From: a bacterium
GTDB taxonomy: Bacteria; Cyanobacteriota; Sericytochromatia; S15B-MN24; VGJW01
Direction: 5' to 3'
NCBI GenBank assembly: GCA_021790035.1
Contig: JAJYIO010000001.1
Span: 1-31,531, forward strand
DNA: 31,531 bases
The translations under genes and the position numbers were made by a program. Numbering within the stretch: position 1 is the stretch's first letter; each line of letters starts with the position of its first letter. Shown here one piece after another: positions 17,923 through 26,437 of this stretch. A model generated the notes under the pieces. It saw only the letters and a program-made list of their open reading frames with translations, searched no databases and was not told where the DNA came from.

Positions 17923-19479
17923 TCAGTACGCCTTGGCGAAGATCGCCCAGCGATCCGTATCCTTTCCCGTGAACAGGCACTTGCCGGGGCGGCGCTCGAA
18001 GTCCAGCGGCACGCAGCGAACCGTGACCTTGAGCTTGGCCAGCTCGGCCTCGACGGCCGGATCGTCGACGAAGGGACTGATGGCGAATCCCCCGTGGACT
18101 TCGGGCCTGGCCGCGTTGGCGGGGGTGAAGTAGGCCTCGAACTCGGCGCGGTCCGTGATCGTGCGCGTGTTCTCGTCCCGGAAGGCTCGCGCCCGCTCGA
18201 GGAGCGTGGCCTGGATGTCGTCGAGGATGTCGGTGACCGTGGCGACGAACTCGGCCCGCCCGATCGACTGGCGATCCTTGGGAGAGCGGTCGCGGCGCCC
18301 CATGAACACGCCTCCGGCGGCCACGTCCCGGGGACCGATCTCGAGCCGGATCGGAACTCCCCGCTTGATCTGCGCCCAGGTCTTCTCGCCGCCGCGCATG
18401 TCGCGATCGTCGATCTCGACCTCCACTCGGCCCTCGCCATAGGCCTTGTCGCCGAGCTCCTTGGCCAGGGTGCGGCAATACTCGAGAACCGCTTGCCGCT
18501 CCTCGTCGTTGCGATAGATCGGCAGGATGACCACGTGGCGCGGGGCGATCCGGGGCGGAAGGACCAGGCCGTCGTCATCGCTGTGGGTCATGATGAGGGC
18601 GCCGATGAGCCGCGTGGAGACGCCCCAGGACGTGGTCCAGGCCAGGTCCTCGACTCCCTCGCGGTTGAGGAACGTGATGTTCGACGCGCGAGCAAAGTTC
18701 TGGCCCAGGAAGTGCGACGTTCCAGCCTGCAGCGCCTTGCGATCCTGCATCATGGCCTCGATCGAGTAGGTGTCGACGGCGCCGGGGAACCGCTCCCAGG
18801 AACACTTCTCGCCCTTGTAGACCGGCATGGCCATGTGCTGCTCGGCGAAACGCTCGTAGATGTCGAGCATCCGCATGGTCTCCTCGCGGGCCTCCTCGGA
18901 GGTCGCGTGGGCCGTATGGCCTTCCTGCCACAGGAACTCGGCGGTGCGCAGGAACAGTCGGGTCCGCATCTCCCAGCGCACCACGTTGGCCCACTGGTTG
19001 ATCAGGATCGGCAGGTCGCGGTAGCTCTGGGTCCACTTGGCGAACATCGCCCCGATGATCGTCTCGCTCGTCGGACGCACGATGAGCGGCTCCTCGAGCT
19101 CTCCCTTGGGCTCGAGCCCGCCTCCGGGCTTGGCCTCGAGCCGGTGATGCGTGACGACCGCGCACTCCTTGGCAAAACCCTCGACGTGCTCGGCTTCCTT
19201 CTCGAAGAACGACAGCGGGATGAACAGGGGAAAGTATGCGTTGACGTGCCCGGTTTCCTTGAACATCCGGTCGAGCGTGCGCTGGATGTTCTCCCACAGC
19301 GCGTACCCCCAAGGCTTGATGACCATGCACCCTCGCACGGGGGCGTTCTCGGCGAGATCGGCCGCCTTGATCACCTGCTGGTACCACTCGGGGTAATCGT
19401 CCTGCCGGGTGGGAGAGATCGCGTTCTGGGTCTTGCCAGACCGCTCGGTCCTGTCCATCTTCGTCTGCTCGGTGGCCAT
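17923..19479 (-). CDS. proS: Proline--tRNA ligase, archaeal/eukaryote-like type (518 aa from ATG19479)
   Basis: DDYPEWYQQVI..ADL, VRGCMVIKPWGYALWE, VRPTSET, INQWANVVRWE.RTRLFLRT.EFLWQEGHT, ALQAGTSHFLGQNF, TSWGVSTRLIGA, C-terminal IFAKAY; no INS editing insertion; SD GGGAGAGG. Confidence 0.97.
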   Translation of the reverse strand: MATEQTKMDRTERSGKTQNAISPTRQDDYPEWYQQVIKAADLAENAPVRGCMVIKPWGYALWENIQRTLDRMFKETGHVNAYFPLFIPLSFFEKEAEHVEGFAKECAVVTHHRLEAKPGGGLEPKGELEEPLIVRPTSETIIGAMFAKWTQSYRDLPILINQWANVVRWEMRTRLFLRTAEFLWQEGHTAHATSEEAREETMRMLDIYERFAEQHMAMPVYKGEKCSWERFPGAVDTYSIEAMMQDRKALQAGTSHFLGQNFARASNITFLNREGVEDLAWTTSWGVSTRLIGALIMTHSDDDGLVLPPRIAPRHVVILPIYRNDEERQAVLEYCRTLAKELGDKAYGEGRVEVEIDDRDMRGGEKTWAQIKRGVPIRLEIGPRDVAAGGVFMGRRDRSPKDRQSIGRAEFVATVTDILDDIQATLLERARAFRDENTRTITDRAEFEAYFTPANAARPEVHGGFAISPFVDDPAVEAELAKLKVTVRCVPLDFERRPGKCLFTGKDTDRWAIFAKAY

Positions 19480-19548
19480 ATCCTCTCCCTGTCGACGGCC
19501 AGATCCCCGGGCGCGGCCTGGCCGACTCACCCGCGTACCATCCGGGCC

Positions 19549-19557
19549 AGCGTATCA
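19549..19557 (-). promoter_or_regulatory. Possible extended -10 element for proS
   Basis: Minus strand reads TGATACGCT (TGnTAnnnT) about 70 nt upstream of ATG19479. Motif match only. Confidence 0.3.
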
Positions 19558-19771
19558 TGGCGAGACGACCCCGGGTGGCCCGGTGGCGTTTTTGCCTCCG
19601 CTCCCGGCGAGCGAGCGGCTCGCCCTCTCCTCGAATCCTTGCCGACGAACCCGATCATTTAGATCAACCTTAACCCCCACTTACAGAGTGGTTTACCGAC
19701 TGGCCGGTCGGTTCTCCGACAAGAGCCTCATGCGATCGGCGGTTCACTTCGGCAAGAAGAGGAGCAGTGAG

Positions 19772-19948
19772 ATGAAGAGCCTCGTGTCTTTGATTCGGGA
19801 TGAGGACGGCCAGAGCATGGTCGAGTACGGCATCATCGTCGCGGTGATCGCGGCGGTTTGCATCACCGCATTCACGAAGGTCGGTCAGGCCGTCAACAAG
19901 GATGTCGGCACTCTCGCCAACAACATGACCAACCTCGGCGGCAACTGA
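19772..19948 (+). CDS. flp: Flp/Fap pilin 2 (58 aa)
   Basis: MKSLVSLIRDEDG|QSMVEYGIIVAVIAAVCITAFTKVG; SD AAGAGGAG; relatively AT-rich upstream region. Confidence 0.93.
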   Translation: MKSLVSLIRDEDGQSMVEYGIIVAVIAAVCITAFTKVGQAVNKDVGTLANNMTNLGGN

Positions 19949-20056
19949 TCCTTTTCAGTTTTACCGGGCGTACCCGACCAGGCCTGGCAGGATCCTGACC
20001 GAGCCTGGCGGCATCGGCGGTCCTTGCGACCCGGTGTGGACGTCTCTCGCGATTCG

Positions 20057-20081
20057 AGCCGGCTCCTTTCGGGGGCCGGCT
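20057..20081 (+). terminator. Strong hairpin downstream of flp2 (partial terminator or mRNA stabiliser)
   Basis: AGCCGGCTCC-TTTCG-GGGGCCGGCT: 10-bp stem with one G-U pair; only TT follows. Confidence 0.35.
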
Positions 20082-20250
20082 TGGCGCATGGCCCGGCGAG
20101 GAGGCGATGCTCGGCCTTCGATTCCCGCCGCACGCCCTTCAACCTCCATAATCGCCGATTAAACTCCACCTAATCGGAATGACGGCAAGCCCGGATGCTG
20201 GCACCCGGATAACGGACGGGACGGTTCTCGGCGACGGAGGTGCCTAGCTC

Positions 20251-20421
20251 ATGATCAACCTGCGCGTCCTTCACGCAGACGAGGACGGCCAGAGCATGGT
20301 CGAGTACGGCATCATCGTCGCCGTCATCGCCGCCCTCTGTATCGGCGCGTTCACCAAGGTCGGGCAGAACATCAACGCAGCCCTCCAGACCCTCCTGCAC
20401 AACATGGTCCAGGGACCCTGA
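20251..20421 (+). CDS. flp: Flp/Fap pilin 3 (56 aa; below the ORF-track cutoff)
   Basis: Translated by hand: MINLRVLHADEDG|QSMVEYGIIVAVIAALCIGAFTKVGQNINAALQTLLHNMVQGP*; SD GGAGGT upstream. Confidence 0.93.
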   Translation: MINLRVLHADEDGQSMVEYGIIVAVIAALCIGAFTKVGQNINAALQTLLHNMVQGP

Positions 20422-20529
20422 CGGGCAATTCGCCTCCTCGGCCCGGGGCGGCGCCAGCAAGGCAGGACGGAACCAAGCGGTGCTCCGGTGCAGGTTCCGG
20501 GTAGATAGAGGGCGGAAAGGGCATCTAGC

Positions 20530-21093
20530 GTGGTCGCCGAACCCTGGAGATGGGGCATCGTACCCGTCGTGCTCGTGGCGGTCTATACGGACTGGCGCTG
20601 GCACAAGATCTACAACTGGTTGACGTTCCCGGCTCTTGCACTCGGGTTTCTGGCTTCGATGGGAGCCGGGGCATTTCGAGATGGGGCCGGCGGCGCGCTG
20701 TCGGGCGGTCTCGAGGCGCTGGCCGGGTTCGGGCTCACGGCGATCGTCTTCCTGGCACTGGTTCTCCTGGGCGGAATGAAGGCTGGCGACCTCAAGCTCA
20801 TGGCGGCTGTCGGCGCCTGGCTCGGGTGGCCGCTGGCGGTTTCCGGGCTCCTGTACGTTGCGCTGGCGGGAGGGGTTTTCAGCCTGGCCTGGGCCGCGGC
20901 CCACGGGGCGCTGGGCCGCCTGTTCCGACAGATCCGCGTCTACTTCATGGCGCTCCAGGGCGGGATCAACCCGGCTCCGCTGGTCCAGGAATCCGTGGCG
21001 CCGCTCTTTCCCTACGGGGTCTCGATCGCCGTGGGCACGCTGGCGACCATGCTCGGACCTCCCCTCATCAACCTTCCGGGTTGGCGGCCCTAG
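20530..21093 (+). CDS. cpaA: Prepilin peptidase CpaA/TadV (A24 family)
   Basis: AVYTDWRWHKIYNW (first Asp), GGMKAGDLKLMAAVGAWLG (second Asp), C-terminal PYGVSIAVG; follows the flp genes. Confidence 0.93.
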   Translation: MVAEPWRWGIVPVVLVAVYTDWRWHKIYNWLTFPALALGFLASMGAGAFRDGAGGALSGGLEALAGFGLTAIVFLALVLLGGMKAGDLKLMAAVGAWLGWPLAVSGLLYVALAGGVFSLAWAAAHGALGRLFRQIRVYFMALQGGINPAPLVQESVAPLFPYGVSIAVGTLATMLGPPLINLPGWRP

Positions 21094-21095
21094 CG

Positions 21096-22118
21096 ATGCG
21101 ATCCGCCAGGCCTCCGGCCGGCAGGCCGCCTCACGACGTCCTGCGGCCCCCATCCCCTGTCCGCTGGCCCGGACGGGCCTTCGCACCGCCGAGCTCCGGG
21201 CTCCAGCAGGGCCAGGCCATGGTCGAGTTTGCCGTCGTGCTGCCCCTCTTGCTGGTGCTGTCCTTCGGCACGATCGAGATCGGCCTCTACCTCCAGCGCC
21301 GGATCATCCTCGAGGGTGCCGCGTTCGTCTCGGCTCGAGCCGCGGCGGTCCAGGGCTCACAGGCCGCGAGCACGGCCCGGCAGGTCGCCGAGACCTATGC
21401 CCAGGACTCGCATGCGGCCTGGATCCAGCAGGCGGCCGAGACGGCCCGGGTCGATACCGACTCTGACCAGCTGATGGATGTCCGCCTCACGAGGAACGGC
21501 GATGCATGGACCGGCTTGCTGACGGGCTCGATCGCGATGCAGGGGGGATCGCTTGCCCCCATCGGCCAGTGGACTGCCGAGGCCCCGATCAACCAGGAAT
21601 TCGTGCCGGGTGGCAGCGCGGGCCATAGCGCCGCGCACCTGCCCACCGACGAGATCATCGACTACCCGATCGAAGCCCCCTGGCAGAGCTGGTTCCCCGG
21701 CCTCGGCTCGCAGCTCTCGAACATCGGCTCTCTCGTTCCCAACCTCGGGCCCGGCCTCCCCAGCCTGGGTGGCACCGACGTCCTGCTCGCGGCAGATCCG
21801 GCCGTGCAGGCCGTCTCCTCGAATCCGTACGACCGTCACATGGCGGGCGGCGGCTCGAGCCAGAGCAAGGTCTACGTCAGTCCGCAGTACGAGGACAGCT
21901 CCAGCACCAATGCCGCGATGCTCTGCACGGGGTTTGCCGCGCTTGACGCCGTCGTCCTCGCGTTGCCCGCCGCCCAGGCGGCGCCGGGGCCCGCGGGACA
22001 AGCCGTCCAGACCGTCGCCTCGATCTTTGCGCGGATCGACTCCGCCATCCCGGGCGGATTCGACGGTGCCGCCACCAAGGTCAAATCGGCCGAGAACATC
22101 CTGTTCGGCCCCAAATGA
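21096..22118 (+). CDS. tadE: TadE/TadF-like pseudopilin with large C-terminal domain (340 aa)
   Basis: QQG|QAMVEFAVVLPLLLVLSFGTIEIG...AAFVSARAAAV TadE motif. Start choice uncertain. Confidence 0.85.
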   Translation: MRSARPPAGRPPHDVLRPPSPVRWPGRAFAPPSSGLQQGQAMVEFAVVLPLLLVLSFGTIEIGLYLQRRIILEGAAFVSARAAAVQGSQAASTARQVAETYAQDSHAAWIQQAAETARVDTDSDQLMDVRLTRNGDAWTGLLTGSIAMQGGSLAPIGQWTAEAPINQEFVPGGSAGHSAAHLPTDEIIDYPIEAPWQSWFPGLGSQLSNIGSLVPNLGPGLPSLGGTDVLLAADPAVQAVSSNPYDRHMAGGGSSQSKVYVSPQYEDSSSTNAAMLCTGFAALDAVVLALPAAQAAPGPAGQAVQTVASIFARIDSAIPGGFDGAATKVKSAENILFGPK

Positions 22119-23092
22119 GGACGCACGCAGGTCTGGTCTCGGGGCCACCGGCGGCGAGCCGTCGGGTCCCACCGAGCGTCCGTGCGATCGCTCGAATCCC
22201 GTTTGTCCCTGCTCGTCACGGCCTCGGCGCGGCGCGCCGGCAACGCGGCCAGGCGCTGATCTACATGGCGATCGTGCTGGCAGTCCTCGTGGGCATCCTC
22301 TATTCGACCTATGACATGGCGCGCCTGACCGCCGCCAAGATCCAGTCCCAGGACGCGGCCGACGCAGCGGCCCTGGCGGCCGTTTCCGTCAAGGTCAGTA
22401 TCCACAACACCCGCACCCTGGCCTATGCCGCGATGACCGCCGAGGCCACGCTGGCTCGGTTGCGGATCGCCAAGGCCGTGGCCATCCTGGCCAGCTACCC
22501 GGCCGGGCCGGGGGCCGCTGCCGCCGAGGTCCAGGTCACCTCGTACATCAAGAAGGCCGACGGCCACCTCAAGAAGCTCAAGGAACTCCGCGACACCCTC
22601 GACGCCTACAACCACTGGGTGGCTCAGGCAGCTCCGCAGATCGTCTCGGAGGCCGCGCGCATCGGCTACGCGGCCAACATCGCCGGCATGAACGACGACT
22701 CGGGTGCCGGCGCGACTGCCAACGAGACCAACATGCAGCTCATGGACGGCGACCAGAACCTGGTCGAGAACGGCGGCACGTTCAAGTCCGGCCAGTTCAT
22801 CGGCGGGATCAACTACCGCAGCGAGTCCGCCGGCAGTTCGGGGGATGCGGGCAAGACCTTCGTCTGGGTCGAACCCCGGTACATGCCGCTGGGATCGGGG
22901 CTCCTGGGCGGCCTGGGCGCGATGACGCTGCCGGCCCTGGCGGCGGCCGGTCCGGCATCCTCGAGCCAGATCGCCAAGGCCGACCCCAAGGATGGCGATA
23001 TGGCGATCGACGGCTTTGGCCTGCCGTGGTATTCCCCGCGCCTCTTCGCCATCGGGGGCCTGCACGGGTATCCCAATGCGATCCTGCACTGA
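22115..23092 (+). CDS. TadG-like pseudopilin (Tad domain, 325 aa)
   Basis: RRQRG|QALIYMAIVLAVLVGILYSTYD...QSQDAADAAALAA; ATGA overlap with the upstream gene. Confidence 0.85.
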   Translation: MRTHAGLVSGPPAASRRVPPSVRAIARIPFVPARHGLGAARRQRGQALIYMAIVLAVLVGILYSTYDMARLTAAKIQSQDAADAAALAAVSVKVSIHNTRTLAYAAMTAEATLARLRIAKAVAILASYPAGPGAAAAEVQVTSYIKKADGHLKKLKELRDTLDAYNHWVAQAAPQIVSEAARIGYAANIAGMNDDSGAGATANETNMQLMDGDQNLVENGGTFKSGQFIGGINYRSESAGSSGDAGKTFVWVEPRYMPLGSGLLGGLGAMTLPALAAAGPASSSQIAKADPKDGDMAIDGFGLPWYSPRLFAIGGLHGYPNAILH

Positions 23093-23738
23093 CCCCCGCT
23101 CGATTCGCGGCCAGGCCCTGGTCGAGGCCGCGATCGTGGTCCCCCTCGGCCTGCTTCTCTTGCTGGCGGTCGGGTACCTGGGCCGAGGGTTGATCGAACG
23201 CCAGCGGATGCTGATGGTGGCGCGGGTGGCAGCGCGCCAGGCGGCGATGGACGCTACCCGGGGGCCCGTCAACAAGTTCACGGGCGCCGGAGTCCTGCAG
23301 GCGGCCACCCTCGCATCCGCCTATGATCCAGCGGCCAAGGCAGCCGCTGGCTCGCAAGTTCAAGTGCAGGTCAGCGCGCCCGGCTGGGGCTGGGTGACGC
23401 GTGTGCCCACCCAGCAGCTCCATCCCCTTCCGCTAGGTCCCTACGCCATGGCCTTCACCGCCAGGTCCTCCCGGCTGGTCGACGGTCGTACCGCGCAGTT
23501 TTCGCTTGGCTTCGTGCTCTATGGCGCCAAGGTCAGCGAGAAGTTGAGCCTCCTCGAGACCACACGCAAGAACCTCGAATCGGCATCCCGGACCTATGGT
23601 GCGCCGCCCTCGGTGCTCGGAGCCCCGCTGACGGTCTCGGGCAGCGCCTTCATGCCCGGCGAGGCCCCCGCGCACCTGCCGGGCGTGGGCATCCTGGAGA
23701 CCAACTCGTGGATCTACGACATCGTGAGTGGCAAGTGA
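23076..23738 (+). CDS. Second TadE-like pseudopilin (220 aa from ATG23076)
   Basis: IRG|QALVEAAIVVPLGLLLLLAVGYLG...VARVAARQAA; overlaps the preceding gene by 17 nt. Confidence 0.82.
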   Translation: MRSCTDPRSIRGQALVEAAIVVPLGLLLLLAVGYLGRGLIERQRMLMVARVAARQAAMDATRGPVNKFTGAGVLQAATLASAYDPAAKAAAGSQVQVQVSAPGWGWVTRVPTQQLHPLPLGPYAMAFTARSSRLVDGRTAQFSLGFVLYGAKVSEKLSLLETTRKNLESASRTYGAPPSVLGAPLTVSGSAFMPGEAPAHLPGVGILETNSWIYDIVSGK

Positions 23739-23960
23739 TGATGACGGATTCATCCTCGCCCGGTCCCGGGAATACACCGCGACCGGATGGCCGAGAGCCA
23801 TTTCCCGTTGCGCCTGCCGGCAAGTGCGGGGGCAGGATCCGTGCTGCTCGGCGGGCTCGGCGCCCCCGGCGCGGAGAGGCAACCCGGCGGCAGACCCGAC
23901 GCGGGCCTGCTACTGTAGGATGCGTGCTCGCACCCGACCGTCGCTCGAGGGGAGGTCGCC

Positions 23961-24935
23961 TTGGCGGACCTGCGCGATAAGCTCCGCGATCGCCAGCCGG
24001 CGAGACGCCGACCCGCGGCTGCCGGTGCCCGGAAGAAACCCGTGGCCGCGTCGCAGGCACTCGACTTCAACCCGCGGCTCTTGTTGATCGCAGCAGCTGT
24101 CGCGGGTCTGGCGGCTTTCCTGGCCGTGGTCTACCTGGTCGACATCTCGGCGGGCATCGCCGGCAAGGGGATCAAGCGCGCGGTCTGGGTGGCCCAGGCG
24201 AGCCTGCCGGCGCGCCACGAGATCGCCGCGTCCGACGTGGCCATCCGCGAGGTCCCGCAGAACTTTCTGGCCACGGGCTACCTCACCAAGACGGATTCTC
24301 CCGTCGGCAAGATCACCCTGGCTCCACTGGCCAGGGGCGAGGTGTTGCTGGGCATCCGCGTGGCCGATCCGGGGGCCCAGACCGGCATCACGCCCAAGCT
24401 TCACGGCGACGAGCAAGCCTTCCTCTTCGTGCCGCAGGGCGCACCGGATATCGGCCTGGCCAGGCCGGACGACCACGCCGACCTCATCGCCACCCTGCCC
24501 GAGTCGGCCAATTCGCGTCGCCTGATCTCCACCCAGGTCCTGCAGGACGTTCGCGTGCTGTCGGTCGGCAATCGCTTCAGCAGCAACGCCTCGGCCAGCG
24601 GTGACCCGCAGACCGATGGCGGAGCGGTCACGCTGGCGGTGCCGGCGGACCAGGTGCCGCTCCTGACGATTCTCCAGCAAGATGGCAACCTGCACCTGAC
24701 GCTCAGGGCGCCCGGCGATACCACCCAGGTCACGCCCCGGATTCCGTTGAAGGCTCTCGAGAGCCTCGTGATGGGCCAGGTTCCGAGGCCCAAGGCGATC
24801 GTCGTGCCCCATCCTCATCCGGTCGTCGTGCACGACACCCGGATCATCTACCGTCCCGTGCGACCGCGCCCGGTCCGCCCGAGGCCGCAGATGCCGACCA
24901 TCCAGATCTACAACGGCGCCCACCTGAATAACTGA
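23961..24935 (+). CDS. cpaB: Flp pilus assembly protein CpaB/RcpC (SAF plus RcpC domains)
   Basis: GGGGAGG SD before TTG; N-terminal TM; WVAQASLPARHEIAASDV..VP, PVGK..LAPLARGEVL, DHADLIAT, VLQDVRVLSVG, VTLAV..Q, G.LHLTLR; Pro/Arg-rich tail. Confidence 0.9.
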   Translation: MADLRDKLRDRQPARRRPAAAGARKKPVAASQALDFNPRLLLIAAAVAGLAAFLAVVYLVDISAGIAGKGIKRAVWVAQASLPARHEIAASDVAIREVPQNFLATGYLTKTDSPVGKITLAPLARGEVLLGIRVADPGAQTGITPKLHGDEQAFLFVPQGAPDIGLARPDDHADLIATLPESANSRRLISTQVLQDVRVLSVGNRFSSNASASGDPQTDGGAVTLAVPADQVPLLTILQQDGNLHLTLRAPGDTTQVTPRIPLKALESLVMGQVPRPKAIVVPHPHPVVVHDTRIIYRPVRPRPVRPRPQMPTIQIYNGAHLNN

Positions 24936-25139
24936 CCGACTTTCGGTTGACCTGAACCCGACCGCGCCCGCAAGGACCCGACGTCGAGAGTAGGCCCTGG
25001 CAAGCGGTCGGCTCCGGTGCCAAGATGGGAATGCGCCGGAACCAGATCCGCGTGCCGTGCCCTGCCTTTTGGCCTCGAAAACCTCTGGATTCGCGCCTTA
25101 CCGGGATCGAACCAGTACGGTGATGATTGGAAGGAGCCC

Positions 25140-26204
25140 ATGACGACACTGTCTACTCCCGTGTCTCGAACCTTCGCCAACGCCGCGCCCGCCACGGGGG
25201 CAAGTTCTCCGGTTGCGCTGGCCCTGGTCGGCCTCGGGGCCATCGGGCAAGCAGCCGCCACCGTTGCCAGACAGCGGACCGGCCTCGCGATCATGGCGGC
25301 GGTGGACGCGGACCCCGCCAAGCAGGGTTCCGACGTGGGCACCCTCGTCGACGACAAGGCCTGGGGGATCCCGATCGCCGGCGGCATAGCCGACCTGCCT
25401 GCGGCCACACCTGCCGCGCCGCTGGTCGCCGTCCACACGACCGGCTCGTTCCTGGAGGACGTGGCACCGCAGATCCTCGCCCTGATCGCCAAGGGATTGC
25501 ACGTGGTCTCGAGCACCGAGGAGCTCTCGTACCCCTGGCTCAAGCACCCGGACGTGGCCCGCGAGATCGACGCCGCAGCTCGCCGGCAAGGTGTGGCCGT
25601 CGTGGGGGTCGGGGTCAACCCTGGCTTTGCCATGGACGCCCTTCCCGCCACCCTCTCCGGGGTGGCACAGGACGTCCGCTTCGCGCGGGTCGTGCGGGTC
25701 GTCGATACCTCGCGCCGTCGGCTCAACCTCCAGCGCAAGACGGGCTCCGGAATGACGGTGGCGGAGTTCCAGCAGCAGATCGAGGCCGGGCGGATGGGGC
25801 ACATCGGCCTGGCGGAGTCCTGCGCCTTGCTGGCCGCGGCACTGGGCTGGCGCGTGGACCGGGTCGTCGACGAGATCTCCCCGATCGTGGCGGATCACCC
25901 GCTGCGCAGCTCCCACATGGAGGTTCCGACCGGCCGGGTCGCGGGCCTGCACCAGGTCGCTTCGGGCCGGGTCGGAGAGCGCACGGTGGTCGAACTCGAT
26001 CTCACGATGGCACTCGGGGGCGTCGACGACGTCGACGAGGTCCACCTCGAGGGCACGCCCTCGCTCGATCTGGTCGTCACAGGAGGACTGCCGGGCGACC
26101 TTGCCACCGTGGCCGCCCTCCTCAACGCCGTGCCGGCGATCGTCAAGGTCGCACCGGGCCTGCACACGGTCCTCGACCTCCCGCTCCCGCATCTCTACCG
26201 GTAG
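25140..26204 (+). CDS. NAD(P)-dependent amine dehydrogenase of the 2,4-diaminopentanoate dehydrogenase (Ord)/DapB-N-like family (354 aa from ATG25140)
   Basis: GGAAGGAG SD; Rossmann VGLGAIG, AAVDADPAKQG.D.G, HTTGS, VVSSTEELSYPW, GVGVNPGFAMD, RLNLQRKTG.G, GHIGL.ES, GDLATVA. Confidence 0.8.
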   Translation: MTTLSTPVSRTFANAAPATGASSPVALALVGLGAIGQAAATVARQRTGLAIMAAVDADPAKQGSDVGTLVDDKAWGIPIAGGIADLPAATPAAPLVAVHTTGSFLEDVAPQILALIAKGLHVVSSTEELSYPWLKHPDVAREIDAAARRQGVAVVGVGVNPGFAMDALPATLSGVAQDVRFARVVRVVDTSRRRLNLQRKTGSGMTVAEFQQQIEAGRMGHIGLAESCALLAAALGWRVDRVVDEISPIVADHPLRSSHMEVPTGRVAGLHQVASGRVGERTVVELDLTMALGGVDDVDEVHLEGTPSLDLVVTGGLPGDLATVAALLNAVPAIVKVAPGLHTVLDLPLPHLYR

Positions 26205-26236
26205 CCCGACCAGGGTTTCCCGTCGAGGTCGGACCA

Positions 26237-26260
26237 CCGGGAGCACTCGAGGGCTCCCGG
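26237..26260. terminator. Hairpin between convergent genes
   Basis: CCGGGAGC-N8-GCTCCCGG perfect 8-bp stem, 32 nt after the dehydrogenase stop; no U-tract. Confidence 0.3.
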
Positions 26261-26385
26261 CCTGGATGGATCGGGGCCCGACAAGTCGAAGGGGGCCCGG
26301 TTGCGCAGCCCAGCGACCGCGCAGAGAGACCACTTCAAACCGAGAACGGTCTCGCCGGGCCTGCCCGGCTTGCCCCCATGGCCAA

Positions 26386-26415
26386 GGACCGCCGCCCCGG
26401 AAGGGGCAGCGGTCC
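26386..26415 (-). terminator. Strong hairpin downstream of the EF-hand gene
   Basis: Minus strand GGACCGCTGCCCC-TTCC-GGGGCGGCGGTCC: 13-bp stem with one G-U pair, 22 nt after the stop; no long U-tract. Confidence 0.45.
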
Positions 26416-26437
26416 TCGCTTGCTTGCGTTGTGGGGT

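Noticed and set aside
20170-20245. c-di-GMP riboswitch upstream of flp3 (GGCAAGCCC...GGGACG resemblance)
   Set aside because: Lacks the GAAA tetraloop and second stem or receptor pattern; an Rfam scan would be needed to overturn this.
23738-23980. 80-aa ORF between the second tadE-like gene and cpaB with TGATG overlap
   Set aside because: Low-complexity Arg/Pro/Gly sequence overlapping the cpaB SD and start; the region more likely holds a cpaB promoter (TAGGAT at 23916-23921). Not fully excluded.
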